Shown here: piece by piece, positions 1 to 11,640 of the stretch
Position numbering within the stretch: position 1 is the first letter of the stretch
How the letters are laid out: the number at the start of each line of letters is the position of its first letter
Assembly (NCBI RefSeq): GCF_009914755.1
Contig: NC_060927.1
From: the human T2T-CHM13v2.0 reference genome, Homo sapiens
Length of the DNA stretch: 64,000 nucleotides
Reading direction: 5' to 3' (one strand)
Notes under the pieces: model-generated
Databases searched by the model: none
What the model saw: the letters and a program-made list of their open reading frames with translations, nothing else
Told to the model about the DNA's origin: nothing
Translations under genes and position numbers: made by a program

Positions 1-837
1 ATGTGATGTTGAGCGCCACTGTTCATTTATGTGTCAGACTAATGCCTTATATGTGAAGCAGACATGAATATCAGGTTAGTCCTGAGCAATTCCAAGGACA
101 GCAATAGTACTATACAATTGTCTGTGTACTATATCTGGTGTAACATGATTATGGGTAATTATGTTAATCAGTACTTTTTATGGCCATCTATTTATTGAAT
201 TTGGTTTCTTTCTAAAAGAAAAAATGAATACCAAGGTATATATGATCTACTGAAAACCTTTACTTATTTCACCACAAAAGGTTCTCAGAGGAAAATTCTC
301 TGTTCCAACCCAGCAGAAGACAAGATATTTAAATAGAGAAATTTTTATAAACGTGCTTTCCAGGGACATATTAAGCATGTCAATGGAGAATCATTTTACT
401 AAACTATCTGCTTGGTTACTGAGAATCATCAAAGCATTTATAGTTCAGTTAACTTAAGAAGAGGACTTCAGTTTTTTAATTTCTGAAATTAGTACAGCTT
501 TTTAATTTCTGAAATAAATATTAGAATAGTAGCTTGAAAGGGTTTTGGTGGACAAAAGTTTTCAACCATGATTGGCTGCTAGAAGCATTTGGAATCCTTT
601 CATTCCCGCCCGTCTACCCACCCTCCGCCCACCTTCCAGAGGTTTCAGTTAATTGTTCTGGGGCGGACATCAGGCAACAGGATTTTAAAAAAATACTCCA
701 TAGGATTCTAATACCTAGCTAAGACCGAAAACATTGTTGAAAGAGTGTGGGCTTTGAAATAATCCCTAGGATTGAATTCCAAGCATCAATAGTTTTATAA
801 CCGAGGCAAATGGCAAAGCCATGGTAAGTTTCTATGG

Positions 838-1012
838 CAGTGGTTCTCAAAGTGGGGTTCCTTAGTAAGCAGCATTGGCAATATCTGGAGAACTTACTGG
901 AAATGAAAATTCTTTGGTTCCACCCAGACCTACTGAATCAGAAAGTCTAGGGTAGGGGGTGGGGCCCAGCCTCCAGGTGATCCTGCCACAGGCTACAGTT
1001 TGAGAAGTACTG
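838..1012 (+). mobile_element. MER5A-type hAT-Charlie MITE
   Basis: Starts cagtggttctcaaagtg, contains ccacccagacctactgaatcagaaa and ends agtttgagaagtactg, matching MER5A termini and core. Confidence 0.85.
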
Positions 1013-1279
1013 TGCTACATGATAAGAATTATAAGGGCTGACTCCATGTACCTTCACTGTTCCTCAATATCTACATAAATTTTCACAGCCTAGAATTCTT
1101 CTCTCTCTCCTTGTCAAGGTATCTTGTTTTTTAAAAAATTGTAAAAGCCTAGTAGCAAAACTTCAAAAAAGTAAATGCATTGTTTTATTTCTGATTCTTT
1201 AATTCACTTTTATTGTGTTTTAATTAGAAAAGCAGAAAGAATAAAAAACTCCTACTTTGCAATGTTATTAACATTTGAT

Positions 1280-1910
1280 ATAAATTTGGTTTTTACAAGA
1301 AAAGATCAAATTTTGCATACTGTTAAATAAACTTCTTAATCTTCTATTTCACACACTGCATCTTTTACATGCTACTATTTAATATAATATTTGTACATAT
1401 CAACATATCATATTTTTGGTGTAGACTTATATTCCATTATATAAATATGCCATAATTTATTTAATCCATCCTTTATCAGTTGATTATAATTTTTGATTTT
1501 ATAAATAATGTTCCTATTAATTATTTTAAAATTGTTTACATCCATGATGCCATTCTTGGGATCAGTTTTCAAGATGTGGTATTGCTGGATCAAAGCATAC
1601 AGTGGCTAGTGATGCACGTTGACAAATTGTCCTTAAAAAAAACTGCACCCTTAGCAAGGGATGAGAATGCCAATTCTTTTGTACCACAGTTCTTGCTATA
1701 TATTACTAGTTTGTTTAATCTTTGTCAATTTAATACAAGGATGACTTCATAGGGTTTTTCTTTAATGAAGTTAAATCTTTTTGCCATTGTGTTTTTGTTT
1801 AATGCCTATTTGTATTTCTTTATTCTCATTATTTGTCCATTTTTAAAAAAATGTGAGTACGCACCTTTTTTTCCTATTGAATTGTAAATGCTCCTTATAT
1901 ATTAAGGATT
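1280..1910 (-). mobile_element. Old L1M (L1ME-like) 3' fragment
   Basis: Antisense L1 3'-end motifs (attccattatataaatatgccataatttatttaatcc; attgctggatcaaag; gtatttctt). Highly diverged; boundaries approximate. Confidence 0.6.
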
Positions 1911-2169
1911 ACTTTTACCAACAATTGGAGGTAAGAAAAATATCATAAATACTCAATTGAGTAATATCAGAATGAGTTAATTTCAATTTATTATTAATAA
2001 GAACTATAAATAATTTGGTTGGATTACACTATTGCAAATCTGGCAACAATCAGTATCCATTTTCCTTTCCTAGGCCTGAGCTATGCTGAACAAAATTTAG
2101 TCCTTCTCTGATTATTAGAGATCTTGTGGTGCCTATGGGGGATTATTCTAAATTTTCCATTGTGCAAAG

Positions 2170-2520
2170 AGAATGAGACACAGAAAGCCCAAGTCCTGGC
2201 TCTACAGGCTACCAGTTGGACAACCTAGACTGGGGCAAGTAATTTAACCTCTCAGTGCTTTGGTTTCCTCATCTTTCAAACAGAAATAACAAAAATAACC
2301 TCTACCTCATATGATGACTATGAGAAACGATAAGTGTAAGAGTTAAGCACACAGATTTCAGAGCCTTTCTGGATTTGAATTCCCACTCTACCATTTAATA
2401 GCTATTGTCTTGGCAAAGTTCTTAATCCCTCTGGTCCTTACTTTCTTTACCTGTATAATGATGAAAATAATATAACTTACCTATCAGGGTGGTTGTAAGG
2501 ATTAAATAAGTAAAACCTAT
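2170..2520 (+). mobile_element. Two adjacent MIR fragments
   Basis: The MIR core appears twice: gggcaagtaatttaacctctcagtgctttggtttcctcatct and ttgaattcccactctaccatttaatagct...gttgtaaggattaaat. Confidence 0.75.
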
Positions 2521-4999
2521 TTACCTACCTATCTATCTATGTGTCTATCTATCCATGATACCTGTTCACCTGTCATCCATATAGCTACCTATCGATAATC
2601 TATCTGGCATTTAGAAGAGTAGCTGGCAGGTAATAAGCACAGTAATCATTATAATTAAATAAAATAACTTTATGTTATGTCCTTTCTTAACCACAGTCCC
2701 TCACAAATGTCACTGGTAGGGACTATAACTGCTATAGGGGCCACCACAATATTGGTAGTTATATAAAATTGGGTTGAATCTCTACCAAACCCAGGACATA
2801 CTCTGGAAATGAGTTTCTGAATAAGGCTCCAGCATCAACTTACTTTTTTGGTGATTCACCTCATTTTATTAAATGTGAAGGGCAGGAAAACCAATCTGGC
2901 TTTTGTTAGCTGAATAATGACTGCAAAGCTAGCCATGTGAATCGATTTTTTTGCTTCCATCCTAGAAACCCACCTTCAGCAGACAAGCTATAAAAATAGT
3001 GTACCCGAGATGCTCTAAGACAGGTTTATGTCGTTTCCTCTCACAAAGCAGAACACTGAATTGATTTTTAGATTAATTGTCTATAGCTGGGTTAACTAAA
3101 TTCTGTGTTCTCTGATTCATGCTCTGTACTAGCTCACAAGAAAATTTTTGGTCTTAACACTTAATATGAATCATAATTAATGCAAAAGATAATTAAAAGA
3201 ATCTCTCAGCATTTTGGTCATTTTATCAGATGAAACTCCCACTTTTATCCCCATGATTTACACTGTATAAAAGAAAATATACCCATATGGAATACGCTTG
3301 TGAATCAAAAACAAAGCCAGTGCCCAAAATACAAATCAAAAACACTGTCTAGAACAACAGGCTTCAACTAATGAATTAAAATGATTGCTGGTTTCTTTAA
3401 AATATTAAGCTCATCGATGCTTGCCAAAAACCCCTTGGCTAGCTGAGGGATTCAAACTGCATTGTTCAGCTAGAGTTTGAAATCCTTCCATTCATCATTG
3501 ACATGTGAGAGACAAGACAAGGTTTTTGACAAAAAGGGGATGAGGCGCCAGATGGTTTCCATCTGTATCTCCATTGATTGTACAATGAAAACCCACCTTC
3601 CCTAATCAGAAGGCTGTGCCATACATGGAAAATGAATACCCAGTGTTTTTAAAGAAGCACAATCACCCCTTCCCAACCATAGATGTATAAATATTAATGA
3701 ACACAATCTGGTTCTAAGCAAATTTAGCATGAACTTTTAGCAACCCTCCCTTGACAACTTCCTCTCTTTTTAACTGAATTAAGCTTCTAAGTTCTGTGAT
3801 TAAAAATAGCAAACCCTGCACTGAAGTTGGATCTGTGACTGAGGTAAACCTCTCCCTTCCAGCTAGTAACCAGTTAACGTAGCTCATATGATTGTGTGCT
3901 TTTTATAACCAAAAAAGGGTCTTAATTTGAATGGATGCTTAGCAAATATGAATAGTGAGATATAGAATCCATACAAATAAGCAGAAAATTGATAAATTAA
4001 CCTATCATTTATGCCATGACTATTTCCAAAACTACTTGAGCAAATTTAGAGATTATTACACACAATATTGAGATAGTTGTTAAATAACTTTATTTCTGTA
4101 AAACCCTGTAGTACATCATATATTGACTCATATTTTAACTTTCCTGTAAGCTAATAGAGAGTATTAAGACAGTTTTAATAACTAATGTTAAAAAGAAAAT
4201 AGTAGATTCCTTTCTTGGATGTTTGAACTTGAATCATAGTATCACAGTATCTTTAACCAAGAAGATTTGGTTAGTCTTATTCTTTCTTGATTCACTTCCT
4301 GAGGTTTTCCTTGAAATATCAGAAGAGACTTAGATTTGAAAATTTCCATTAATTCCTTCCTTTGTTTCTTTTCTTTTTAGTTCAAACTAGGAAGGTTTGC
4401 ATACTTGCTCCAGCTTATGTGCCTTTAATCTGTTGAAGCAATGCATTTTCCAAGAAGCATATTCCATGTTTTCACCACTAATGGTTCCCTGTGGATCAAA
4501 GTGGTAAGTCTTTAAAGTAAAATATATCAAATCAGTCCAAAGATAATATGAAAAATTAAATCCATATACTAAGCTTCAGTCTTCATGTGACTGGAAGGAA
4601 TTAATCTTTTTCCTCTCCTACAACATGCATTGTCCTCCTGCTGTCAATAAACAAAATATTATTGAGTACCTACTATGTGCCTGGCATTAAGCTAAGCACT
4701 GAACATTGACACATTGGACAGTGTTGTTATTCTCAGGCACAGATGCTATTTCAGAGCCATCCTACAGAGATTGGCTAAAGAATGTTCTTTGCTGTATGAT
4801 AGCAACATTGTGCACAGAGCTCATATGTATTTCCATTGCAAGTGATCAAGCCTGTCTCTTAGCCCCCATTTGCCTTTTGGGAATAAGCGCTCAGTGGAAC
4901 TTGCCAGTGTTACCAGCAGTGTTGCTGTTTGTTTAAGGTTCAGTTTCACCAGGTGGTGGCAAGTTTTTAAAACTCTTCCTAGCCCAATTTGTTTGTCAG

Positions 5000-5230
5000 C
5001 ATCATGATCAGATATCAGGATAACATCAATAAAGCAGGAGCAAAAGATGAGCTAAAGCTGCAGAGAAAATGCTGAGCTTATCAAAATGCGTTTTTGGTTA
5101 TGTTCGAGGCAAGAAGAACAGGAAAGGCTAGACCCACAGCTTGAGCCAGATGGTGCAATGTTAGCATTAGACAAAGAGGAAGAGAAACAATGTCTCTCCT
5201 TGTTTCTTTTGTAATTTTCATCAAGAAGAA
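5000..5230 (+). mobile_element. CR1/L3 LINE ORF2 fragment (part 1)
   Basis: Frameshifted translation YQDNINKAGAKDELKL..ENAELIKMRF..GYVRGKKNRKG..PQLEPDGAMLALDKEE resembles the CR1 ORF2 segment KIRKAKAQLELNLA..KKGFYRYV..VGPLLNG.G.LVTED.EK. Confidence 0.65.
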
Positions 5231-5789
5231 TACTCTCCAAACTGCAAAAAAGATACCTTAAATGGTTCATTTTAGTAGGAAACTGAAAAAATAAGAAGAT
5301 TGAAGGTAAGCCAAAAAAAAAAAAGTAAGCACATATATATGTTTAAGTCTCTAGGCTCAGATGCATTGGATCTTCAGAAATAATGGGAAAAAACAAACAA
5401 GCAATAAATAATTGTTTTGATATATAAGAAAATTAAATTTTTTCTTGATTATCAAAAGAAGGAGCTGGGGCAGTGAGGGGAGAAACGTAGGTTTGGAAAA
5501 CAATATCCCATAAAATAGCCATAAAACCCCTAATTCTATAAGTTACATTTTAATACATGGTTTATGAGTACTATTAAAAGAAAATTATGAGGTATTCAAG
5601 AAGAGGTAGCACAGAGTTGGGGAGGAGACATAAATATGTGATATATGATATGTGGTATTTGACATATATACTATATGTTATATTACATATACATATATAT
5701 CAATATATTAAATATATTCACCTTGATATATATATGTAATATAACATATATTATATGTAAGTTATATGCATATATGCAAGGTTGCATCA

Positions 5790-6420
5790 TATCCCTATTT
5801 CAGCAAGGTATTTGACAAAGTCTTACAAGATATCCTCAGGGTAAGACTGTAGAATATGGCATGAATGACAAAGAATGAATGAATGAATTGGACAATAGTT
5901 AATTAATTAATCAATGTCACTTGAGGAAATGGTATGTAGAAATCTCCCATTGAGCTCTGTCCTGTCAAAAAATTTATTGATTTGGGTGAAGACGAGAGAA
6001 TTATCATCACAATTGAATGGTTGTAGATAGTTGACATAATCATGTTTCAAAATGAATCTGAACAAATGGGCAAAAACAAATCAGATGGAATTTATTTGTG
6101 TAATTATTTTTGTAGAGACAGGGCCTTACTATGTTGCCCAGGCTGATCTTAAACTCCTGGCCTCAAAGTGATCCTCCTGCCTCGGCCTTCCAAAGTGCTG
6201 TGCTGGGATTACAGGCATGAGCCACTGTGCCCGGACTCAGATGAAATTTACAGAAGAAACTATAAAGTACTGCACTGAATATCCAAAACTTAGTTAGAAA
6301 TTACAGGATGCAGGGTTTGGGGAGACAGGATGACAGCAGTTTAAAATAAAAAATTTAAGTTGACAGAGTGGTATGGTGGCAAAGTTGAAAAAAAAATTGT
6401 CAGTAGGATCTTAGAGAAAG
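5790..6420 (+). mobile_element. CR1/L3 LINE RT-domain fragment (part 2), interrupted by a FLAM
   Basis: tttcagcaaggtatttgacaaagtcttacaagatatcctc gives FSKVFDKVLQDIL (CR1 DFSKAFDKV.H.IL). ctctgtcctg..tttattgatttgggtgaag resembles SVL..FI.DL.E. atgaaatttac..aaagtactgcac resembles MKF..KVLH. Confidence 0.7.
6095..6236 (-). mobile_element. FLAM / single Alu monomer
   Basis: Antisense left monomer (tttttgtagagacagggcc...gccactgtgcccggac) flanked by TSD tcagatg(g/a)aattta at 6081-6094 and 6237-6250. Confidence 0.9.
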
Positions 6421-7170
6421 AGTAACAGAACATGTTTGTCCTCTTCACTCCCATTATTCACTGTCATCCTGGTGATGATGAGGACTATATCATGTACTAG
6501 CAAGTGCTATAAGGAGAAATTACCATGAGCAAGAAGTGGCCCTGTTAGTGACCCATTGTGGAGTTTATCAGGATGATCCTCAGGAACTGGCTGACCTGGG
6601 ACATAAGCAAAGTATGAAATGAAATATCCAGGATCCTTAGAGGAAGTCTAAAGAATAGAAAACAAAAGAGAGAAAGTAAATCAAGCATGAGGTATGGAAA
6701 TAGAAATAGACAAAGTGTTCCATGACATAGACCAAAAGCAGCTTCATATGTGAAAGCTTCATTTATGAGAGGCTTTGCATTGAAGATCAAAGGGGAACTC
6801 ATAGACTGCTCAGTAAGTTATGCTAGCACAATTGTTTTTCATATGAGAAAAATGGAATCAGATCCCTACCTCATGCCATATAACACAAGAATCCATTCCA
6901 GATGAAATATATGCTTAAACGTAAAGACAACATTTTTAAAGAATATAAATTTATTACCACTGAACTCTATACCTAAAATGCTAAAGATAGTGAGTTATAT
7001 GTGTATATATTTACTTCAGTGAAATCTTTAAAAAAGACATTTAAGTCCTAAAAGAAAGAAAGAAAATATAGACTAGAAAGAAGAGAATTTCTTAAGAAAA
7101 GTTGAAAAATTACTAACCATAAAAGAAGAAATTGACAAATTTGACTACATTAAAATTAAGTCCTAGAAGA

Positions 7171-7564
7171 ATGACTCCCACAAACAATAATGGTGAGAAG
7201 AAGAGCTATTTTGCCTTTAACAAGGTGGTGACCCAAGAATACATCATCAACATTTACAAGGGCATCCAGGGAGTGGGCTTTAAGAAGTGTGCCCCTTGAG
7301 CACTCAAAGAAATTTGCCATAAAGGAGAAAGTACTCCAGATGTGTGCATTGATGCCAGGCTCAACAAAACTGTCTGAGCCAAAGGAATAAAGAATGTTCC
7401 ATACTGTAACCATGTGCAGTTGTCCAGAAAATGCAGTCAGAATGAAGATTCACCAAACAAACTCATGCACTGGTTACCTGCGTACCAGTCATCACCTTAA
7501 AATTTTACAGTCAGTGTGGGTGAGATCTAACCACTGGCTGTCAAATAAAGTTTATAAGACTGCC
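7171..7564 (+). pseudogene. RPL31P: Processed pseudogene of 60S ribosomal protein L31 (RPL31)
   Basis: ATG at 7171 translates to [42 protein letters not shown] then [43 protein letters not shown]. This is collinear with RPL31 ([87 protein letters not shown]). No introns; premature stop at 7297-7299; indels; ancestral TAA at 7528-7530; AATAAA at 7544-7549. Confidence 0.95.
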
Positions 7565-7665
7565 AATGAAAATAACATATGTTCATTTAAAAAAATTCCA
7601 TAAAGTGAAATAGTAAGCCAAAAATTGGGAGAACTTTGCAACACCTAAAAATGACAAAGGATCAG

Positions 7666-7721
<56 letters not shown>
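7666..7721. repeat. Compound (CT)n(CA)n microsatellite
   Basis: Directly visible. Confidence 0.95.
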
Positions 7722-7722
<1 letters not shown>

Positions 7723-8849
7723 TTATAATTACTATGAATCAAAAGAGAAGTGGGTGAAGACATGAACAGTATTTAACCAAAAAAAGGAAGCATCAATGGT
7801 AAAGACAGATAGGAAAAGATGTCGAACCTCATTAGAAATCAAAACATGCTTTTTCAGATCACAGTAAGGTACATTTTAGATGGACAAAATTTAAAAGCCT
7901 GACATTACCAAATGTTAGCAAGGATGTGGAGCAAAAAGAAGCCTAATGCACCACTTCTTGGAGGGAGTGTTGACCAGTTCAACCATTTTGAAAAATACAT
8001 TTGAGTTACCTAATAAAGAACATATTTACCCTCTGATCCAGCAATTCTACTGCTAGAAAAACTTAACTCAACATGAACCAAAGACACATGGAAGGAAATT
8101 CACAGTAGCTTTATTTGTAATAGCAAATCACTGGCAGTAAACTCTGCAAAGAGGAAATAACCCAAAAGTCTACACAGACTACACAGAACAAAGTGATATA
8201 TTGCCTAGCAGAGTATTATACAGCAGTGGAAAATGGAAAAATTCTAGCTTTATATTCTGGATGAATACATCTTAGAAATACAAATATGAATGAGAAAAGC
8301 AAGTTGTAGGAACATATATATGACATGCTACCATTTTTATAAAACCCACAGACAAGCCAAATTTTAGAATATATTGTTTAGGAAGATATACGCACATATG
8401 TAGTACAGCTAAAACTCATCCAAATGATAAACAGAAAATTGATAATAGGGAGGCAGGAGATAGGATCAGGGAGGAATACTACATATTTAATATCAACATT
8501 ATTGGTAATATTCTACTTCCTAAAATGAGTGTTGGCTTCATGGGGGATTTATTCCATTACCAAGCTTCATAGCCTACATATACGTTATAAGATGTACATT
8601 TATTCATACATAAAACAAGTTAAGGAAAGAAAAGAAAAAGAGAGAGACCAAGGAAGGCAGGCCTCCTTAACCCCACCAAAGCTATGTAGGCACTGGCAGG
8701 CAACCTAAGGTGTAAAGAAATATTTTGCTTCTTTCTCTGTATTTCAAATGGGTTATGAGTCAACATACAGCTTAAAATTGGATTCTTTCTGGAAATGGGC
8801 TAGTCTGTCTAATATTCCATTAATTCTATATCAGTAGGGCAAGGTTACA

Positions 8850-9220
8850 GAGGTACATACACCTTCTAGTTAAGAGAGGGGAACCTCTCACCATATTCAG
8901 CACTAAAGCTATATCTGCAATAGCATGTTCAATTCTTGGAAATATATTTTATGAGAAGTATTTGAAAAAATAAAGAGCTTCCCGGGAAAGTTAATGTAGA
9001 CACTGGGGTGTTGAAAATCCATTTCACACGAATGGCTAAGTGAACTTGAATTTGAGATATTCAACTGAGAGAAGAGATTAGGAGAACTGTGATAGCTAAC
9101 TTCAGAAATTAAAAAGAAATGCTGTGAAATTTTTTTAAAATTTTAGCTTTATACTGCATATAGAGTGGCTCCCCACTGCCAATGGATAGAAATGTACTGA
9201 GGCTGATTTAAGGTTTGAAA
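8850..9220 (+). mobile_element. CR1/L3 LINE 3' ORF2 fragment (part 3)
   Basis: ccatattcagcacta..tatctgcaatagcatgttcaattcttgg resembles YSAL..L..VQFW. ttcaactgagagaagagattaggagaactgtgatagct resembles FSL.KRRLRGD.IA, a CR1 C-terminal motif. Confidence 0.6.
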
Positions 9221-9597
9221 ATTAAAATATCAGCTCACAACAGCTAGTTGGATGACTGATTCTGGGTGGTGGCCTATTACAGTCCAACAATTTCCTAGAG
9301 CTATGAGAGAATGTTACCCTTTAAGAATGTTTAGAATTTCCATTTTTCCTATAATGGTTTATATTTTATAATTCAGACCGCAGGCTTAGTATATTTTTGG
9401 TCTAAAAATATCTAATGATATAATGTTTATCTTGAATTCAGTTATATCATTTATTTTTTATTTCTACTAACTCAGTTCCAGAGATAAAGAATGAATGACT
9501 CTGCTTCTCAATAACTACCTAACTCTGTGGAATTTACTTAATCTCTCAAAGCCACAGTTTCTTCAGCTGTAAAATGGGAATAATAACAATACCTATC

Positions 9598-10083
9598 TGT
9601 AGTGGGTTAAATAATGACCTCCCAAATCTGTTCAAGTCCTAATCCCTGGAACCTGTGAATATGTTATCTTGCAAAGGGACTTTGCAAATGTAGTTAAGGA
9701 TTTTCTGATGAGAAGATTATGCTGGATTATCTGGTGGCCCAGTATGGTCATAAAATTCCTTATAAAAAGGATGCAGGAGGGGTCAGAGGCAAAGGAGATT
9801 ATGTGATGATGGAAGCATAGATTAGAGTGACGCACTTTCTAAAATGGAGGGAGAAGCCAAAAAATCAAGGAGATGTGTGGCCACTAGAAGCTGAAAAAGG
9901 CAAGGAAATGGATCCTTCTCTCAGAGCCTCCATGAGGAATTAGTTCTGCAGACCCTTTGACTTCAGCTCTGTGAAACTCATTTCTGACGTCTGACCTCCA
10001 GAACTGTAAAATAATACATTTGTGTTGTTTTAAGCAACTAAGCTAGTGGTAATTTGTTACAGCAGCAACAGGAAATGAATTCA
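9598..10083 (+). mobile_element. MaLR solo LTR (MLT1D/MLT1C-like) inserted into a MIR (MIR halves ~9505-9597 and ~10084-10140)
   Basis: TG...CA ends; cctaatccctggaacctgtgaatatgtta; ctgacctccagaactgtaaaataatacatttgtgttgttttaagc; gtaatttgttacagcagcaacaggaaa. The MIR sequence resumes after the LTR (ctatc/ccatc flanks). Confidence 0.88.
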
Positions 10084-11049
10084 CCATCTCATAGGGGTTT
10101 TGTGGGGATCAAATGAAATAAACCAGTAAAAAGTTCTTGGCTTCTATTACTATTATCATCGACCTTATTTTCTCAAAATGAAGATTCAGCCTCGCAATTC
10201 AGTGACTGCCCTCAGTTATTTCCCTCATAAGGTGTTTTGATACTCCATGTACATTAATGACATGGGGAAAAGACCCTGGATGGGAGTAAGGAATTCACAG
10301 CCATAACGCTGAGGGTCCTGACAGCTGCTCGACTTCTCTAGGCCTCTATCCCTCAGCTATAATTAGAGGCTTGATTGTTCCAGCTCTAAAATGCAAAGAT
10401 TATGTGCTTACTTAGGTAGTCCAATAAATGCTTTCTAAGTCCACCCTCTTGTTCCTCTCTGATGGTTTATCTTGTAGCTAGTGTCTGAATTCTCTAGTGC
10501 CAACTGCTCCTAGGTTATCTTTACTTTGGGCACTGATTAACCAGGCAGTCCTAATTCCATGCTTTAAAAAAAGGAAGATGAAGAGAGGACTAGCAGTTCT
10601 CAGCTTAAATTTATGTTTAAAAAATATATTCGGTGTTTTACAAATGATGTTCTTGGCAAAAAATCCTCGCTTTAAGGGTCCGTATAGATTTGCCTTGGAG
10701 CCTTCTGTTTTTAATTCAAGGCAGTTGCTTTCAAGAACAGGGTTGACTGGCCATCCTCACTAAGTGTTCTGCCAAGGCTCTTATCCTCCTAAGTGGCAGA
10801 ACGTTTGACACACTTTCCTTGTTGCTAAAGGTGTAGATAACAGTACATAGGAATCAAACATGACCAGAATAGAACAGACACCAAAGTAATGTTGAGCACA
10901 AGCTCTCTTTCATATCTCCACTTTCTCCAACTCACCATGGAGAGAATGACTGTGAAAAGGCTTTGCCATCCATAAATTATTCTTTAAATGCAAACATTCC
11001 TACTGATTTGAACTCAGCATAGGGTGGGATGTTGTGATAGAGACTCAGA

Positions 11050-11640
11050 CAGCACTCAGTTGACATACAGAGAAAGTGCTACTTCAATATGAAGCAACCC
11101 TCAAAACTTCCTTCACAAGAGGGTCTTGAAAGAAGAGGACATCTTTACTAGCTGGAGAAAACAAGAAGGACATTTTGGGGAAAAAGAATGATGAGTGCAA
11201 ATGCAGAGAGGCTTCCTCTAAAAGAAGAAGTTACTGTGTTTGGCATGTCATGGGGAGGAAATAGACACTAATTGAAGATGATGCTAAGGTCAGCTGCTAT
11301 CAGTCTGTGCTTGCCATACTGGTCATCGGAATTTTACTGTGTAGCATTCAGCAATTAAAGAGACAACTATCATGAGGAATGGGGCATGTTCAGATTGGAT
11401 TTTTTAAGAAAATAGGTAAAATCTGGTAGAGGTATCCAGTATGTGGCAATAATTGAGGTCTGGGAGAGGGGCTGTCAGAGTGAAAAGAGGGAGGTGTTGA
11501 ACTGGAGCTGCCTTCATTGAAAACCAAGTGGTTGTTGGAGAGACAAGGTCTATAAGGACCTGGAGGCTTCCAGCTTGGCTGATTAGGTGTATGGCAGCAT
11601 CACTGGCCATGCCATGAAAAACAAGGATGGAGGAAGACAG
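11050..11640 (-). mobile_element. L2 fragment
   Basis: Purine-rich antisense L2 motifs (gagtgcaaatgcagagaggc; catgttcagattggatttttaaga; tttccagcttgg-like..gtatggcagcatcact). Diverged. Confidence 0.55.

Larger units (their letters stand above)
6800..8620 (+). mobile_element. Old L1M (L1ME-like) ORF2 end and 3'UTR, interrupted by the RPL31 pseudogene and a microsatellite
   Basis: L1 motifs gatccctacctcatgccata, gacaaatttgactacattaaaatta, gcaaggatgtggagcaa, tgatccagcaattctact, tatacagcagtggaaatg. Confidence 0.75.

Noticed and set aside
5000-5305. Apparent decayed coiled-coil protein exon with splice sites
   Set aside because: Stops occur in all frames, and the frameshifted translation matches CR1/L3 ORF2 rather than a cellular gene.
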